31,322 nt of DNA from a bacterium (GCA_030615855.1 JAUWYL010000015.1:1-31322), one strand, 5' to 3'; positions 16,250 to 24,620 are shown, counted from the stretch's first letter. Translations and numbers: made by a program. Notes: generated from the sequence alone by a model not told the origin.

Positions 16250-17680
16250 TTAGGCAATTCTAAAGTAATCCACCAATACGCATCTTAAGGGTCTAGTGAA
16301 GGTGCTGGCTTTGGTCAATCCTTCTCCAGTGGGGGTGGCGATGCTCATGGTGGCATATCCCTCTCCCTCGTACCCCAACCCGGCATAGGAAGGGGCATTC
16401 TTAACGAAGATGGAAACTTGAGCGGTCTTGGCCATCTTGGTCAGATTGGCAACATTTAAGGAATGCATGATGGCGGTATGCTTATTGGCCTGTTCAACTT
16501 CTACAGCAAAATTAATTGCCTCATCAACATCTTTTACCCTGACAAAAGGGATGACCGGCATGAGCTGCTCTGTCCAGACGAAAGCGTGGTTTCGGTCCAC
16601 TTCACAGAATAAGAGTCTGGTACTCTCTGGTACTTTTACTCCAATCTTGGAAGCGATTAAAGTGGCATCCCTACCAATATACTCCCTACTCACTTTGGGC
16701 TCTTTCCCTGGACCACCTGGTTCCAGTATGGCGGCCTTGGTTAACTTTTCAAACTCATCCTTCTTTAACTCATAGGTCCGGGGATCCTTGCGCAATAGTT
16801 CCAATAATCTATCAGCAATAGCTTCCACGGCGATGATCTCCTTCTCTGCGGTACACAAGACGCCATTGTCAAAACTGGCTCCCTTTATGATGGAGTCAGA
16901 GGCATGCTCTAAGTCTAAAGTCTCATCTATTACTACTGGAGGATTCCCTGGACCAGCAGCAATCACCTTCTTTCCGCAGGCCATGGCGGCTCTCACCACC
17001 CCTGGCCCACCAGTGACTAGGATGAGCTTTATCTTGGGATGCTTGAATAGTGTCTGGGCCTCTTCAATGGAGGGCTTGGCAGCAGTGGTCATCAGATTTG
17101 CTGGCCCACCTGCTTTTATAATCGCTTCATTAAGAATCTGAATGGATTTCAGGGATACCTTCTTGGCTGCCGGATGGGGGGCGAAGACCACACTATTCCC
17201 GGCAGCGATGATGGAGATGGCATTATTTATTATGGTAGAGGAAGGATTGGTAGAGGGAGTCACAGCACCTATTACTCCAAAGGGAGCCATCTCCACTAAG
17301 GTTAAACCATGGTCCCCAGTATAGGCTATGGGGTGTAGATCCTCTACTCCAGGGGTCTTCTGGGCAGATAATAAGTTCTTCTGGACCTTATCCTCCCACC
17401 TTCCCATCTTGGTCTCTTCCCAGGCCAATTTTGCTAAACTCTCTGCCTCCCGGATTGAGGCCTCCCTCATAGCCTCGATATATTTGCTCCTCTTCTCCAG
17501 ACTCTCGCGAAAGAGCTCCCTTTGGGCAATCCGTGCCGCCTCAATGGCTTCCTCCACATTAGGAAAGACCCCCAGGTCCCCAGCACCTGCCTTTACTTCA
17601 GGAGGTCTGGCCTCTTCTTTGGTCATCCTCTCTACTATTTCCTTAACAACTTCTCTTATCTTCTCTGGACTGATCTCCAT
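16250..17680 (-). CDS. CoA-acylating aldehyde dehydrogenase (EutE/PduP family) with N-terminal encapsulation peptide
   Basis: Catalytic Cys box 'FDNGVLCTAEKEII'; start taken at ATG (17678-17680; SD GAGG 6 nt upstream) giving 'MEISPEKIREVVKEIVERM'; ORF-track start 17707 is GTG inside the upstream repeat array. Confidence 0.85.
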   Translation of the reverse strand: MEISPEKIREVVKEIVERMTKEEARPPEVKAGAGDLGVFPNVEEAIEAARIAQRELFRESLEKRSKYIEAMREASIREAESLAKLAWEETKMGRWEDKVQKNLLSAQKTPGVEDLHPIAYTGDHGLTLVEMAPFGVIGAVTPSTNPSSTIINNAISIIAAGNSVVFAPHPAAKKVSLKSIQILNEAIIKAGGPANLMTTAAKPSIEEAQTLFKHPKIKLILVTGGPGVVRAAMACGKKVIAAGPGNPPVVIDETLDLEHASDSIIKGASFDNGVLCTAEKEIIAVEAIADRLLELLRKDPRTYELKKDEFEKLTKAAILEPGGPGKEPKVSREYIGRDATLIASKIGVKVPESTRLLFCEVDRNHAFVWTEQLMPVIPFVRVKDVDEAINFAVEVEQANKHTAIMHSLNVANLTKMAKTAQVSIFVKNAPSYAGLGYEGEGYATMSIATPTGEGLTKASTFTRPLRCVLVDYFRIA

Positions 17681-17703
17681 CTTCATCCTCACTTCGCTCC
17701 GGT

Positions 17704-17789
17704 GCACGGATAATCACGGATTTCATACGGATGAGCACAGATTAAATCCGTGCTAATCTGTATTATTATCAGTGCTAATCCGTGTCTAA
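17704..17789. repeat. Phased CAC(G/A)GAT x4 then ATC(C/T)GTG x4 array (same family as 21443-21523)
   Basis: Unit starts approximately 17704/17714/17725/17735 and 17747/17757/17770/17780 (~10 bp phasing); spans BMV3 stop to AldDH start. Confidence 0.8.
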
Positions 17790-18076
17790 GACTTTCTGAA
17801 TAAAACCTTACCTTCTACCTCAATGGTATCCACAATGGCCATGATCACCGCATCTGTGGGGGTATCCTTAGTCCTTACTGTCTGACGGGCAGAGGAGCCC
17901 TTGGCGATCAGGACCACCTCTCCGATTCCAGCTCCCACAGCATCGATGGCTACCAGAGGAGATCCCTCCTCTTTTCCTTCCATGCTTATGGGCTGAATCG
18001 CCAATAACTTACAACCCTCTATCTTCTCATCCTTCCTGGTAGCCACAACGGTACCAATCACCTTGGCAAATATCAT
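17786..18076 (-). CDS. BMC vertex (pentamer) protein, EutN/CcmL family (paralog 3)
   Basis: 96 aa; 'MIFAKVIGTVVATRK...LLAIQP'; strong SD AAGGAGGAG. Confidence 0.85.
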   Translation of the reverse strand: MIFAKVIGTVVATRKDEKIEGCKLLAIQPISMEGKEEGSPLVAIDAVGAGIGEVVLIAKGSSARQTVRTKDTPTDAVIMAIVDTIEVEGKVLFRKS

Positions 18077-18100
18077 CTGTCTCCTCCTTATAGATTAGAA

Positions 18101-18166
18101 GTTTACAGTAGCCAGTTAACAGTAACCAGTCTTCTACTGTAAACTGTTCGCTGGTTACTGGTTACT
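18101..18166. repeat. GGTTACTG-family element: GTTTACAGT...CAGTAACCAG then ACTGTAAAC...CTGGTTACTG (unit / reverse-complement unit, order preserved)
   Basis: Exact 9- and 10-nt reverse-complement pairs at ~30 nt offset; between AckA stop and BMV3 start. Confidence 0.75.
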
Positions 18167-19370
18167 TCTTTGTTTTGCTGATGACATCGTAGGTATCTCG
18201 AGCAATGACCAGTTCCTCGTTGGTTGGTATGCAATAGACTTTGACCTTTGAATTGGGAGCGCTTATCTCCCCCTCCTTCTTTATTGTCTTCTCGTTCCTC
18301 TCCTTATCGATAACCACCCCTAAAAATTCCAACCCAGCACAACTCAAGGCTCTTATTCTGGGAGCATTTTCGCCAATCCCGGCAGTGAAGACGATAGCAT
18401 CCACTCCTCCCATGACTCCGGCATAGGAAGTGATATACTTCCTAATGTGATAGGTGAAGATCTCTATGGCTAATCTTGCCCGGTCATTCCCCTTCTTCTC
18501 CTCTTCCAGGATATCATACATATCACTGCTCACTCCTGATAATCCCTGAAGACCAGAGTGGAAGTTAAGCATGGTATTTACCTCATTTATGGATAATCCT
18601 TCATTAGTCATGATATATAGAACGATGGCGGGATCGATGTCCCCACATCTGGTCCCCATGACTAAACCCTCTAGGGGGGTGAAGCCCATTGAGGTATCGA
18701 TGGATACCCCTCCCTTAATGGCAGCAATACTGACTCCATTCCCCAAGTGGCAGGTGATGACCTTTAAATCTGTCAAGGGCCTATCCATGAGATGGGCCAC
18801 TCTCTGGGAGACATAGAGGTGAGAAGTTCCATGGAAGCCGTATCTCCTTATCCCATATTTACGATACTGAGTGTAAGGCAATCCATAGATATAGGCATGG
18901 CGAGGCATGGTCTGATGGAAGGCAGTATCGAAGACCGCTACCTGGGGGATCCCGGGAAGGAGTTCCTCACAGGCCATGATTCCCCTCAGGTTATGAGGGT
19001 TATGTAGAGGAGCAAGTTCTATGCAATCCGCTATACCTTCTTTTACCTCCTCAGTAACCAGGACTGAAGTAGCAAATTTCTCTCCCCCATGGACTACTCG
19101 GTGACCGACAGCAACAATCTCTTTCTTATCCTTAATGACTCCCGTTTTAGGATGGAGAAGAGCATCTAGGGCTAACTTTATCGCCTCTCTATGATCCAAG
19201 ATCTCTGCTGCCGTCTTTACCGGCTTCTTCTTCCCAACCTGATAGGTTGAGAGCGCTCCACTCATTCCGATTCTCTCCACAATCCCCTTGGCTAAAACAG
19301 ACTCCTTTTCAATCTCAATCAGTTCATACTTCACAGAAGAACTTCCACAATTTAGTACTAATATTTTCAC
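18162..19370 (-). CDS. ackA: Acetate kinase
   Basis: 402 aa; 'KILVLNCGSSSVKYEL' N-terminus and ASKHA-fold motifs; GTG start with SD GGGGGT. Confidence 0.9.
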   Translation of the reverse strand: MKILVLNCGSSSVKYELIEIEKESVLAKGIVERIGMSGALSTYQVGKKKPVKTAAEILDHREAIKLALDALLHPKTGVIKDKKEIVAVGHRVVHGGEKFATSVLVTEEVKEGIADCIELAPLHNPHNLRGIMACEELLPGIPQVAVFDTAFHQTMPRHAYIYGLPYTQYRKYGIRRYGFHGTSHLYVSQRVAHLMDRPLTDLKVITCHLGNGVSIAAIKGGVSIDTSMGFTPLEGLVMGTRCGDIDPAIVLYIMTNEGLSINEVNTMLNFHSGLQGLSGVSSDMYDILEEEKKGNDRARLAIEIFTYHIRKYITSYAGVMGGVDAIVFTAGIGENAPRIRALSCAGLEFLGVVIDKERNEKTIKKEGEISAPNSKVKVYCIPTNEELVIARDTYDVISKTKK

Positions 19371-19403
19371 TTTTACCCCCTTTAAGGTTGGTATTAGTTA
19401 GCA

Positions 19404-19465
19404 GTGTACAGTTTACAGCAAAAAACTGGTTACTGTTCGCTGGTTACTGATTACTCTTTATCTTA
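19404..19465. repeat. GGTTACTG-family element (shares CTGTTCGCTGGTTACTG(G/A)TTAC with 18136-18166)
   Basis: Between PduL stop and AckA start. Confidence 0.75.
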
Positions 19466-19470
19466 ACTTT

Positions 19471-20136
19471 TTATGATATTTCTACTAGGTCTCCTTGAGA
19501 TAGGCCAGCGGCATTGGCCTCATCAATATCTATATGGAAATCTAACCTATGGGTTGGTCCCGACCTTATCATGACGTTATCGAATATTAATGCTCTCTTT
19601 CCCGGTACCTTTACCTTTACTGTATCCCCGTCCTTCACCCCAAAGCCCCTTGCTTCATCTGGAGACAAGTGGATATGGCGCTGGGCAATAATCGCCCCCG
19701 CTCTTAAGTTAATCTCTCCCTTGGGGCCGATAATCTTTATCCCGCTCGAGCCCTTTATATCTCCCGAAATCCTCACTGGAGGTTTGATTCCCAAGATGTA
19801 GCTATCTGTTCTTGAGACCTCGACCTGGGTCTCTTTTCTTACTGGGGCCAGGATGCGCACCTTTTCCATCCTTCCCTTTGGTCCTACTAAGGCGACTACT
19901 TCATTTGCTGCAAACTGCCCTGGCTGAGAGAGGTCTCTCAGTTTTGTCAGTTTCGCTCCCTTTCCGAATAGGGTTTCTAAATCCTTTGTAGTAAGATGTA
20001 CATGTCTATTAGAGAGACCGACTGGGATCTTTCCAGGAGGTGCTTTGGGCGCGGCACTCAGCTTGCTTAAGACCTCCTCCACTATGGAACGAACTAACTT
20101 CTCATCGTACACTTTCTTGTCCTCGATAGATGTCAA
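19471..20136 (-). CDS. pduL: Phosphate acyltransferase PduL (PTAC) with N-terminal encapsulation-peptide-like helix
   Basis: Duplicated RHxH motifs ('SNRHVHLT', 'AQRHIHLS'), 'SQPGQFAA', 'HIDIDEANAAGL'; ORF-track start is TTG; a GTG at ~20109-20111 with SD GAGGA would give 'M-YDEKLVRSIVEEVLSKL' (EP helix), so the true start is uncertain. Confidence 0.8.
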   Translation of the reverse strand: MTSIEDKKVYDEKLVRSIVEEVLSKLSAAPKAPPGKIPVGLSNRHVHLTTKDLETLFGKGAKLTKLRDLSQPGQFAANEVVALVGPKGRMEKVRILAPVRKETQVEVSRTDSYILGIKPPVRISGDIKGSSGIKIIGPKGEINLRAGAIIAQRHIHLSPDEARGFGVKDGDTVKVKVPGKRALIFDNVMIRSGPTHRLDFHIDIDEANAAGLSQGDLVEIS

Positions 20137-20153
20137 TAAAATACAGTATAATA

Positions 20154-20213
20154 GGTGGATTGGTTGGATTAGTTGGATTTAAAATCCACCTAATTTCCTA
20201 ATCCAACTAATTT
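20154..20213. repeat. GGATTAGTTGG-family element: GGTGGAT...AGTTGGATT then ATCCACC...AATCCAACT (order-preserved reverse-complement pairs)
   Basis: Between TPI stop and PduL start; related copy at ~30706-30740. Confidence 0.75.
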
Positions 20214-20222
20214 ACTCGGCGG

Positions 20223-20978
20223 CTATTTTTTATACTTAATGATCTGGGCAAAGGATTTAGCATCGAGGCTCGCTCCCCCCACTAAGGCGCCATCGATGTC
20301 CTCCTCCCTCATTAAATCAGAGATATTCTCTGGCTTGACGCTTCCTCCATATTGGATTCTAACCTTAGCGGCAGTAACCTCATCATAGAGTTCGTTTAAA
20401 AGTCCTCTAATGAAGGAGTGAACCTCTTGTGCCTGATCTGGGGTGGCGGTCTTTCCGGTTCCAATGGCCCATACCGGCTCATAGGCAATGACTATCTTCA
20501 GTATCTCTTCCCGGGATAGGCCTTCCAGTCCCCGGGTGATATGTTCTCTCACCACCCCTTCGGTCACTCCCCTCTCCCTCTCCTCTAACCTTTCTCCCAC
20601 ACACATTATAGGTGTAAGGCTAAACTTTAGAGCCGTCTTTACCTTCCTATTCACTGATTGATTCGTTTCAGCGAAGAACTGCCTCCTCTCCGAGTGACCA
20701 ATGATGACGTATCTGCAGCCCACACCAGTGAGCATCCCTGGTGAAACCTCTCCCGTATAGGCCCCCTTCTCCTCCCAGTAGACATCCTGAGCACTGAGAA
20801 AAATGTTCGTCCCTCGAATGGCCTTGCCCACCGCAAAGAGAGAAGTAAAAGGAGGACAGACTACAATGTCAAGATCGTTGACCTTGGCGACCTCGGACTT
20901 TAATTTAGTCACTAAGTCCAGGGACTGGTCGATGGTCTTATTCATCTTCCAGTTCCCGGCAATTATCGGCCGGCGCAT
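20223..20978 (-). CDS. tpiA: Triosephosphate isomerase
   Basis: Start taken at ATG 20976-20978 (SD AGAGGAGGAG) giving 'MRRPIIAGNWKMNKT'; 'AYEPVWAIGTGKTAT', 'GGASL'; the ORF-track N-terminal extension runs into the repeat array. Confidence 0.9.
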   Translation of the reverse strand: MRRPIIAGNWKMNKTIDQSLDLVTKLKSEVAKVNDLDIVVCPPFTSLFAVGKAIRGTNIFLSAQDVYWEEKGAYTGEVSPGMLTGVGCRYVIIGHSERRQFFAETNQSVNRKVKTALKFSLTPIMCVGERLEERERGVTEGVVREHITRGLEGLSREEILKIVIAYEPVWAIGTGKTATPDQAQEVHSFIRGLLNELYDEVTAAKVRIQYGGSVKPENISDLMREEDIDGALVGGASLDAKSFAQIIKYKK

Positions 20979-20994
20979 AAACTCCTCCTCTAAA

Positions 20995-21131
20995 CACAGA
21001 TTCACACAGATAAGAGACAGATTCACACAGATCACAGATATTTAATAGCATCCGAATTCCAAAAAATTCTAATATCGAATTTTATAATCTGTGATCTGTG
21101 GCCATCTGTAAACAATCTGTGATGATCTGTG
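20995..21131. repeat. Large symmetric array: CACAGAT x5 (~10 bp phased), then 46-bp A/T-rich centre with GAATT repeats, then ATCTGTG x5
   Basis: rc(CACAGAT)=ATCTGTG exactly; spacer lengths are nearly mirrored (3,4,3,0 vs 0,3,4,2); between BMC-H stop and TPI start. Confidence 0.85.
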
Positions 21132-21422
21132 CTATTTACCAGGAGTGATGGGCATTACCCCTTCCAGATCCGGATGAGGTCGGGGAATGACGTGGACGCT
21201 TATCAGTTCTCCTACTTTCTGGGCAGCACTGGCTCCCGCATCGCAGGCTGCCTTGCAGGCGGCAACGTCACCCCTCACCAAGGTAGTGACATAGCCGGCT
21301 CCGATCTTCTCCCAGCCCACGAGATTCACCTTGGCGGCCTTGATCATGGCATCTGTAGCCTCGATAAGGGTTACCAGTCCCTTGGTCTCAATCATCCCCA
21401 GCGCTTCTCTTGCTTCTACCAT
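21132..21422 (-). CDS. BMC-H hexameric shell protein (PduA/EutM type, PF00936)
   Basis: Start taken at ATG 21420-21422 (SD AGAGGAGGTG) giving '[30 protein letters not shown]...'; the ORF-track extension to 21476 runs into the upstream repeat array. Confidence 0.85.
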   Translation of the reverse strand: MVEAREALGMIETKGLVTLIEATDAMIKAAKVNLVGWEKIGAGYVTTLVRGDVAACKAACDAGASAAQKVGELISVHVIPRPHPDLEGVMPITPGK

Positions 21423-21442
21423 TTTCTTCACCTCCTCTAATA

Positions 21443-21523
21443 CACGGATAATCACAGATTCTTTACGGATGGTCACGGATCAAATCCGTGCTAATCCGTG
21501 TTGTTATCCGTGCTAATCCGTGT
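21443..21523. repeat. Phased (C/T)AC(G/A)GAT x4 then ATCCGTG x4 array upstream of the BMC-H gene
   Basis: Unit starts approximately 21443/21453/21463/21473 and 21484/21494/21506/21516; between DGC stop and BMC-H start. Confidence 0.85.
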
Positions 21524-23317
21524 CTATTTACTTTTAAAGAGGCAGACCTTATTTCTTCCTTCTCTTTTAGCGCGATATAAAGATTGGTCTGCCTGGCCGA
21601 TTAGTACCTCCTTACGCATACCCTTCTTATAACCGGCCACCCCAATACTCATCGTAATCTTGACTCTCTTCTTCTTTCCTTTTAGAAAATCAAAGCCCTG
21701 GACCTTCTTCCGCAGGCGTTCTGCCAAGAGACAGGCTCCCTTAGCATCCGTCTCGGGTAGGATAAGGGCGAATTCCTCTCCTCCGTAGCGGGCAGCGATA
21801 TCCGCTCCCCTTATAGCTTGCTTTAAGAGACGGGCGATATTCACTAAAACCGTATCCCCCGCTGGATGGCCATAGGTATCGTTAAATCTTTTGAAGTGAT
21901 CAATATCTAACATAAGCAAGGATAATGGAGTCTCATAACGTTTGGCCTTCCCCATCTCCTGCTCCAGGTAATTCTGAAAGAAGGTATGGGCATAGAGACC
22001 GGTCAATCCATCGTGAATCGCCTGCTCATATAGCATAGCATTCTGGATGGCTATCGCAGCATGGCTTGCCAGGGTAGATAGGAGCTCCTCGTCCCGGCGA
22101 ATGAACGGCTGGCGGGAGACCTTATTGGAGAGGGTAATCACTCCCACCCCCTCTCCCTTAGCCACCAGGGGAAGAGCGAGTAAAGTCTCTGTCCTATGTA
22201 ATTTCTTCTCTGTCTTTAGAGTCTTATAGCGTCGATCCCTTAAGGTATCATTGATTACCATGAGTTTCTTCTTCTCAAAGACGCTACCGGCAATCCCTTC
22301 CCCTATCTTTAGCCTCAGGTGTTTCCTGGCCTCCTCACTTATCCCTGTACCATAAGCGATATAGAGCCTCTTTTTCTTCTCGTGCCAGAGCATGAGGGAT
22401 CCCTTCTCCACCTGAGCCACCTCCATGAATAATCCTACGATGAGCCTCAAAAGTTCTTCCCTCTCCAGGTTGGAACTTATCTTTGTCGAGAGTCTTTGAA
22501 GCATCTGAAGATCCAGGACCCTCTGGTCAAGCTCCTCCTTTGCTCTGGCTAAGAGAGTGCTCTTCTCCTCAAGCGATCTCCAGCTCTGAGAGAGCCTCTT
22601 CCCCATCTGGTTAAATACCTCTCCCAATTCCCCCACCTCATCTCGAGAGGTGATCCTCACCCTGGCTCCCAGATCTCCCTTACCAATTTTCTTGGCAGCT
22701 TGAACTAACCTCTTTATCGGTCGGGTAATGCTGGCTGCCAGGAATAAGGAGATGACGATCCCTAGGATGAGCAGGCCAATGGTCAGAAGAAAGATGCGAT
22801 CTCGAATCTCAGCGATCCTTGCTTTTAAGAGGAGAGAGGAGAATCCCACCCTTACCAGGCCGATCCTTCTTTTTCCAAGAAGAATAGGAACTGCGACATC
22901 GTATACTCCCTCTTCTGTAATCTGTGAGAGGGTGGTCCTTGCTCCCTGGGCCTTGAGGCTCAAGTCATCACTCAAGGTCTTGCCCACCAGGCTCTTATTC
23001 GTGTGGGCCATGACCTCTCCAATATCATTCAAAATGATGACATAATCGATATCCTCACCCTTCTTGCCTATTCCCTCCACTATCTGGGCCAAGGTGATGT
23101 AATCATTGGATAGGATGGCCGTGGTGGAGGTGGTGGCCAGAGCATTGGTAATGTCCTTGGCCCTCTTGATCATCTGGTCAGTGGCCGTTCCCTCCTCCCT
23201 TTTGAGAGTGATACCAGCCACTAAGGACATGATGATCACGATGATCATAATCACAAATCCAGCAATCTTTCCTGCTAAACTAACTTTCATCTGTTTAGAA
23301 GTATCCCGGGCTGACAA
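21524..23317 (-). CDS. Membrane sensor diguanylate cyclase (TM - extracytoplasmic sensor - TM - HAMP - GAF - GGDEF)
   Basis: 597 aa; two hydrophobic segments flanking a ~150 aa sensor region, HAMP-like region, GAF-like region, GGDEF with 'RYGGEEFALIL'; TTG start with SD GGGAGG (alternative ATG at 23288-23290). Confidence 0.8.
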   Translation of the reverse strand: MSARDTSKQMKVSLAGKIAGFVIMIIVIIMSLVAGITLKREEGTATDQMIKRAKDITNALATTSTTAILSNDYITLAQIVEGIGKKGEDIDYVIILNDIGEVMAHTNKSLVGKTLSDDLSLKAQGARTTLSQITEEGVYDVAVPILLGKRRIGLVRVGFSSLLLKARIAEIRDRIFLLTIGLLILGIVISLFLAASITRPIKRLVQAAKKIGKGDLGARVRITSRDEVGELGEVFNQMGKRLSQSWRSLEEKSTLLARAKEELDQRVLDLQMLQRLSTKISSNLEREELLRLIVGLFMEVAQVEKGSLMLWHEKKKRLYIAYGTGISEEARKHLRLKIGEGIAGSVFEKKKLMVINDTLRDRRYKTLKTEKKLHRTETLLALPLVAKGEGVGVITLSNKVSRQPFIRRDEELLSTLASHAAIAIQNAMLYEQAIHDGLTGLYAHTFFQNYLEQEMGKAKRYETPLSLLMLDIDHFKRFNDTYGHPAGDTVLVNIARLLKQAIRGADIAARYGGEEFALILPETDAKGACLLAERLRKKVQGFDFLKGKKKRVKITMSIGVAGYKKGMRKEVLIGQADQSLYRAKREGRNKVCLFKSK

Positions 23318-24536
23318 AGCCCGCCTCCCTTCCCTCTGGAGTAATTCTCAAAGAGCCAAACTGAATAATCCTTATTCTTCCTCCATCTTTAACTGGAGTG
23401 GATAAGAGGACTTCCTTCTTCCTGTAGTCGATCTCATCTATCCTTCCCATTCCTAAGGTATCGCCTTTTTCATCCAAGAGGCCCACCAGTATTCCCTTCT
23501 CGTCTCCAGCAACGATGCTTCTGATATTTCCCAATTCTTTACCCAGCTCATTCAATCTCTCTTGAGGAAGAGGCTTTTGGGTAACAACCAATGTTCCTTC
23601 AAAGCCAGATAGTCTCTCGGCATAAAGAGTCCCGGGAATTTTCATCTCTCTTCCTGTCCTGAAGTAACACCTATCAGTTGCTATTCTCTCCAGGGGAAGT
23701 CTAATCTTCCTGGCCCCTTTAAAATACCTTGTGCTGGGCAGTTCCCTCAACTTCTTCCTCTCCCCCTCACTAGTAAAAGAGGCCTTCTTCGAAACATGAA
23801 TCCGAACGATCTTTTTGGGAGCATAACCCTTAATCAGATGTTCCAACTCGTTCGTCCTCTGTAAAAGAACAATGATCTCTGGAGAGAGGATTTCGATTTT
23901 CGCCCTCTTGAGCGCCCGCCCTCCATCGCTCTGTACCCAGCCTGTGGTATTGATAATGACCGTATTCGCTTTTTTCAAACCAGCCTCTACCAATCGCTTG
24001 ATTCCCACAATAGTGGGTAAAAAGTGCAGGCCTGGGGAATGGGAGCCCACGAAGTAGATGGCAGAAATGCGGGCTTCTTTCAAAAAGACCACCTGTTTCT
24101 TTAAAACCGCCAACCCCAAAGTGCCTGGGATACCGATGTCGCTCTGGCCCGGATCACCATCCAGGACCGCCGGCCTCACTCCCTTCTCCAGGAGCTTATT
24201 CGCTAAATAGGTGGCGAAGAAGGTCTTTCCCGTATCCACCTCCCCCAGAACGAGAATTGTTCTGGCTTTTTCTTTTACAATGCGGGAGATAAGATCATCC
24301 CAGGAGGAAGGGATAGTTCTCTCTTTAATTTTCCTTATCTCGCCAGGCCTCTTTACTTCTATAGAAAGAGTGGATTTTTCTTCGGCCTCTAAAGGAATGG
24401 TCTTGCCCGGAGGAATAAAGACCTCTTCATTTTCTTCGACACTCTTTCCCACCGCCTCTATCTTTCCCCTCTTTACTCTTACCTTTCCCGGCCCTTTCAG
24501 GATATAGATATCACCTTTCTTTACCTTATATTCCAT
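23295..24536 (-). CDS. Clp1/Grc3-family polynucleotide 5'-hydroxyl kinase-like P-loop protein
   Basis: 413 aa; N-terminal beta-rich domain, Walker A 'GEVDTGKT', family-typical 'DGDPGQS' (DxDxGQ) motif, C-terminal domain; strong SD GGGAGG; 3' end overlaps DGC start. Confidence 0.65.
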   Translation of the reverse strand: MEYKVKKGDIYILKGPGKVRVKRGKIEAVGKSVEENEEVFIPPGKTIPLEAEEKSTLSIEVKRPGEIRKIKERTIPSSWDDLISRIVKEKARTILVLGEVDTGKTFFATYLANKLLEKGVRPAVLDGDPGQSDIGIPGTLGLAVLKKQVVFLKEARISAIYFVGSHSPGLHFLPTIVGIKRLVEAGLKKANTVIINTTGWVQSDGGRALKRAKIEILSPEIIVLLQRTNELEHLIKGYAPKKIVRIHVSKKASFTSEGERKKLRELPSTRYFKGARKIRLPLERIATDRCYFRTGREMKIPGTLYAERLSGFEGTLVVTQKPLPQERLNELGKELGNIRSIVAGDEKGILVGLLDEKGDTLGMGRIDEIDYRKKEVLLSTPVKDGGRIRIIQFGSLRITPEGREAGFVSPGYF

Positions 24537-24554
24537 CCTTTACCTCCCTTTCTT

Positions 24555-24620
24555 TATTCGTGTCAATTCGTGTTCTACTTCTTTCGTCTACCCTTTATAG
24601 TTCGCGTTGATTCGTGTTCT
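24555..24620. repeat. ATTCGTGT(TC) tandem/dispersed units spanning the 3' end of the small Lys-rich gene and the intergenic spacer
   Basis: Five units read directly; partly coding (encodes '...EHESTRT...'). Confidence 0.7.

Noticed and set aside
20979-21476. N-terminal extensions of the TPI (MICVNLSLICVNL...), BMC-H ([18 protein letters not shown]...) and BMV2 ORFs in the ORF track
   Set aside because: The extensions run into the repeat arrays, which happen to lack stop codons. Internal ATGs with strong SD sequences give canonical N-termini (MRRPIIAGNWKMN; [15 protein letters not shown]; MKLAKVIGTVVAS).
11057-21523. Possibility that the short repeats form a CRISPR array
   Set aside because: The units are 7-10 nt, not 24-47 nt. 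There are no regularly sized unique spacers and no cas genes in the window. Reverse-complement copies occur within the same element.
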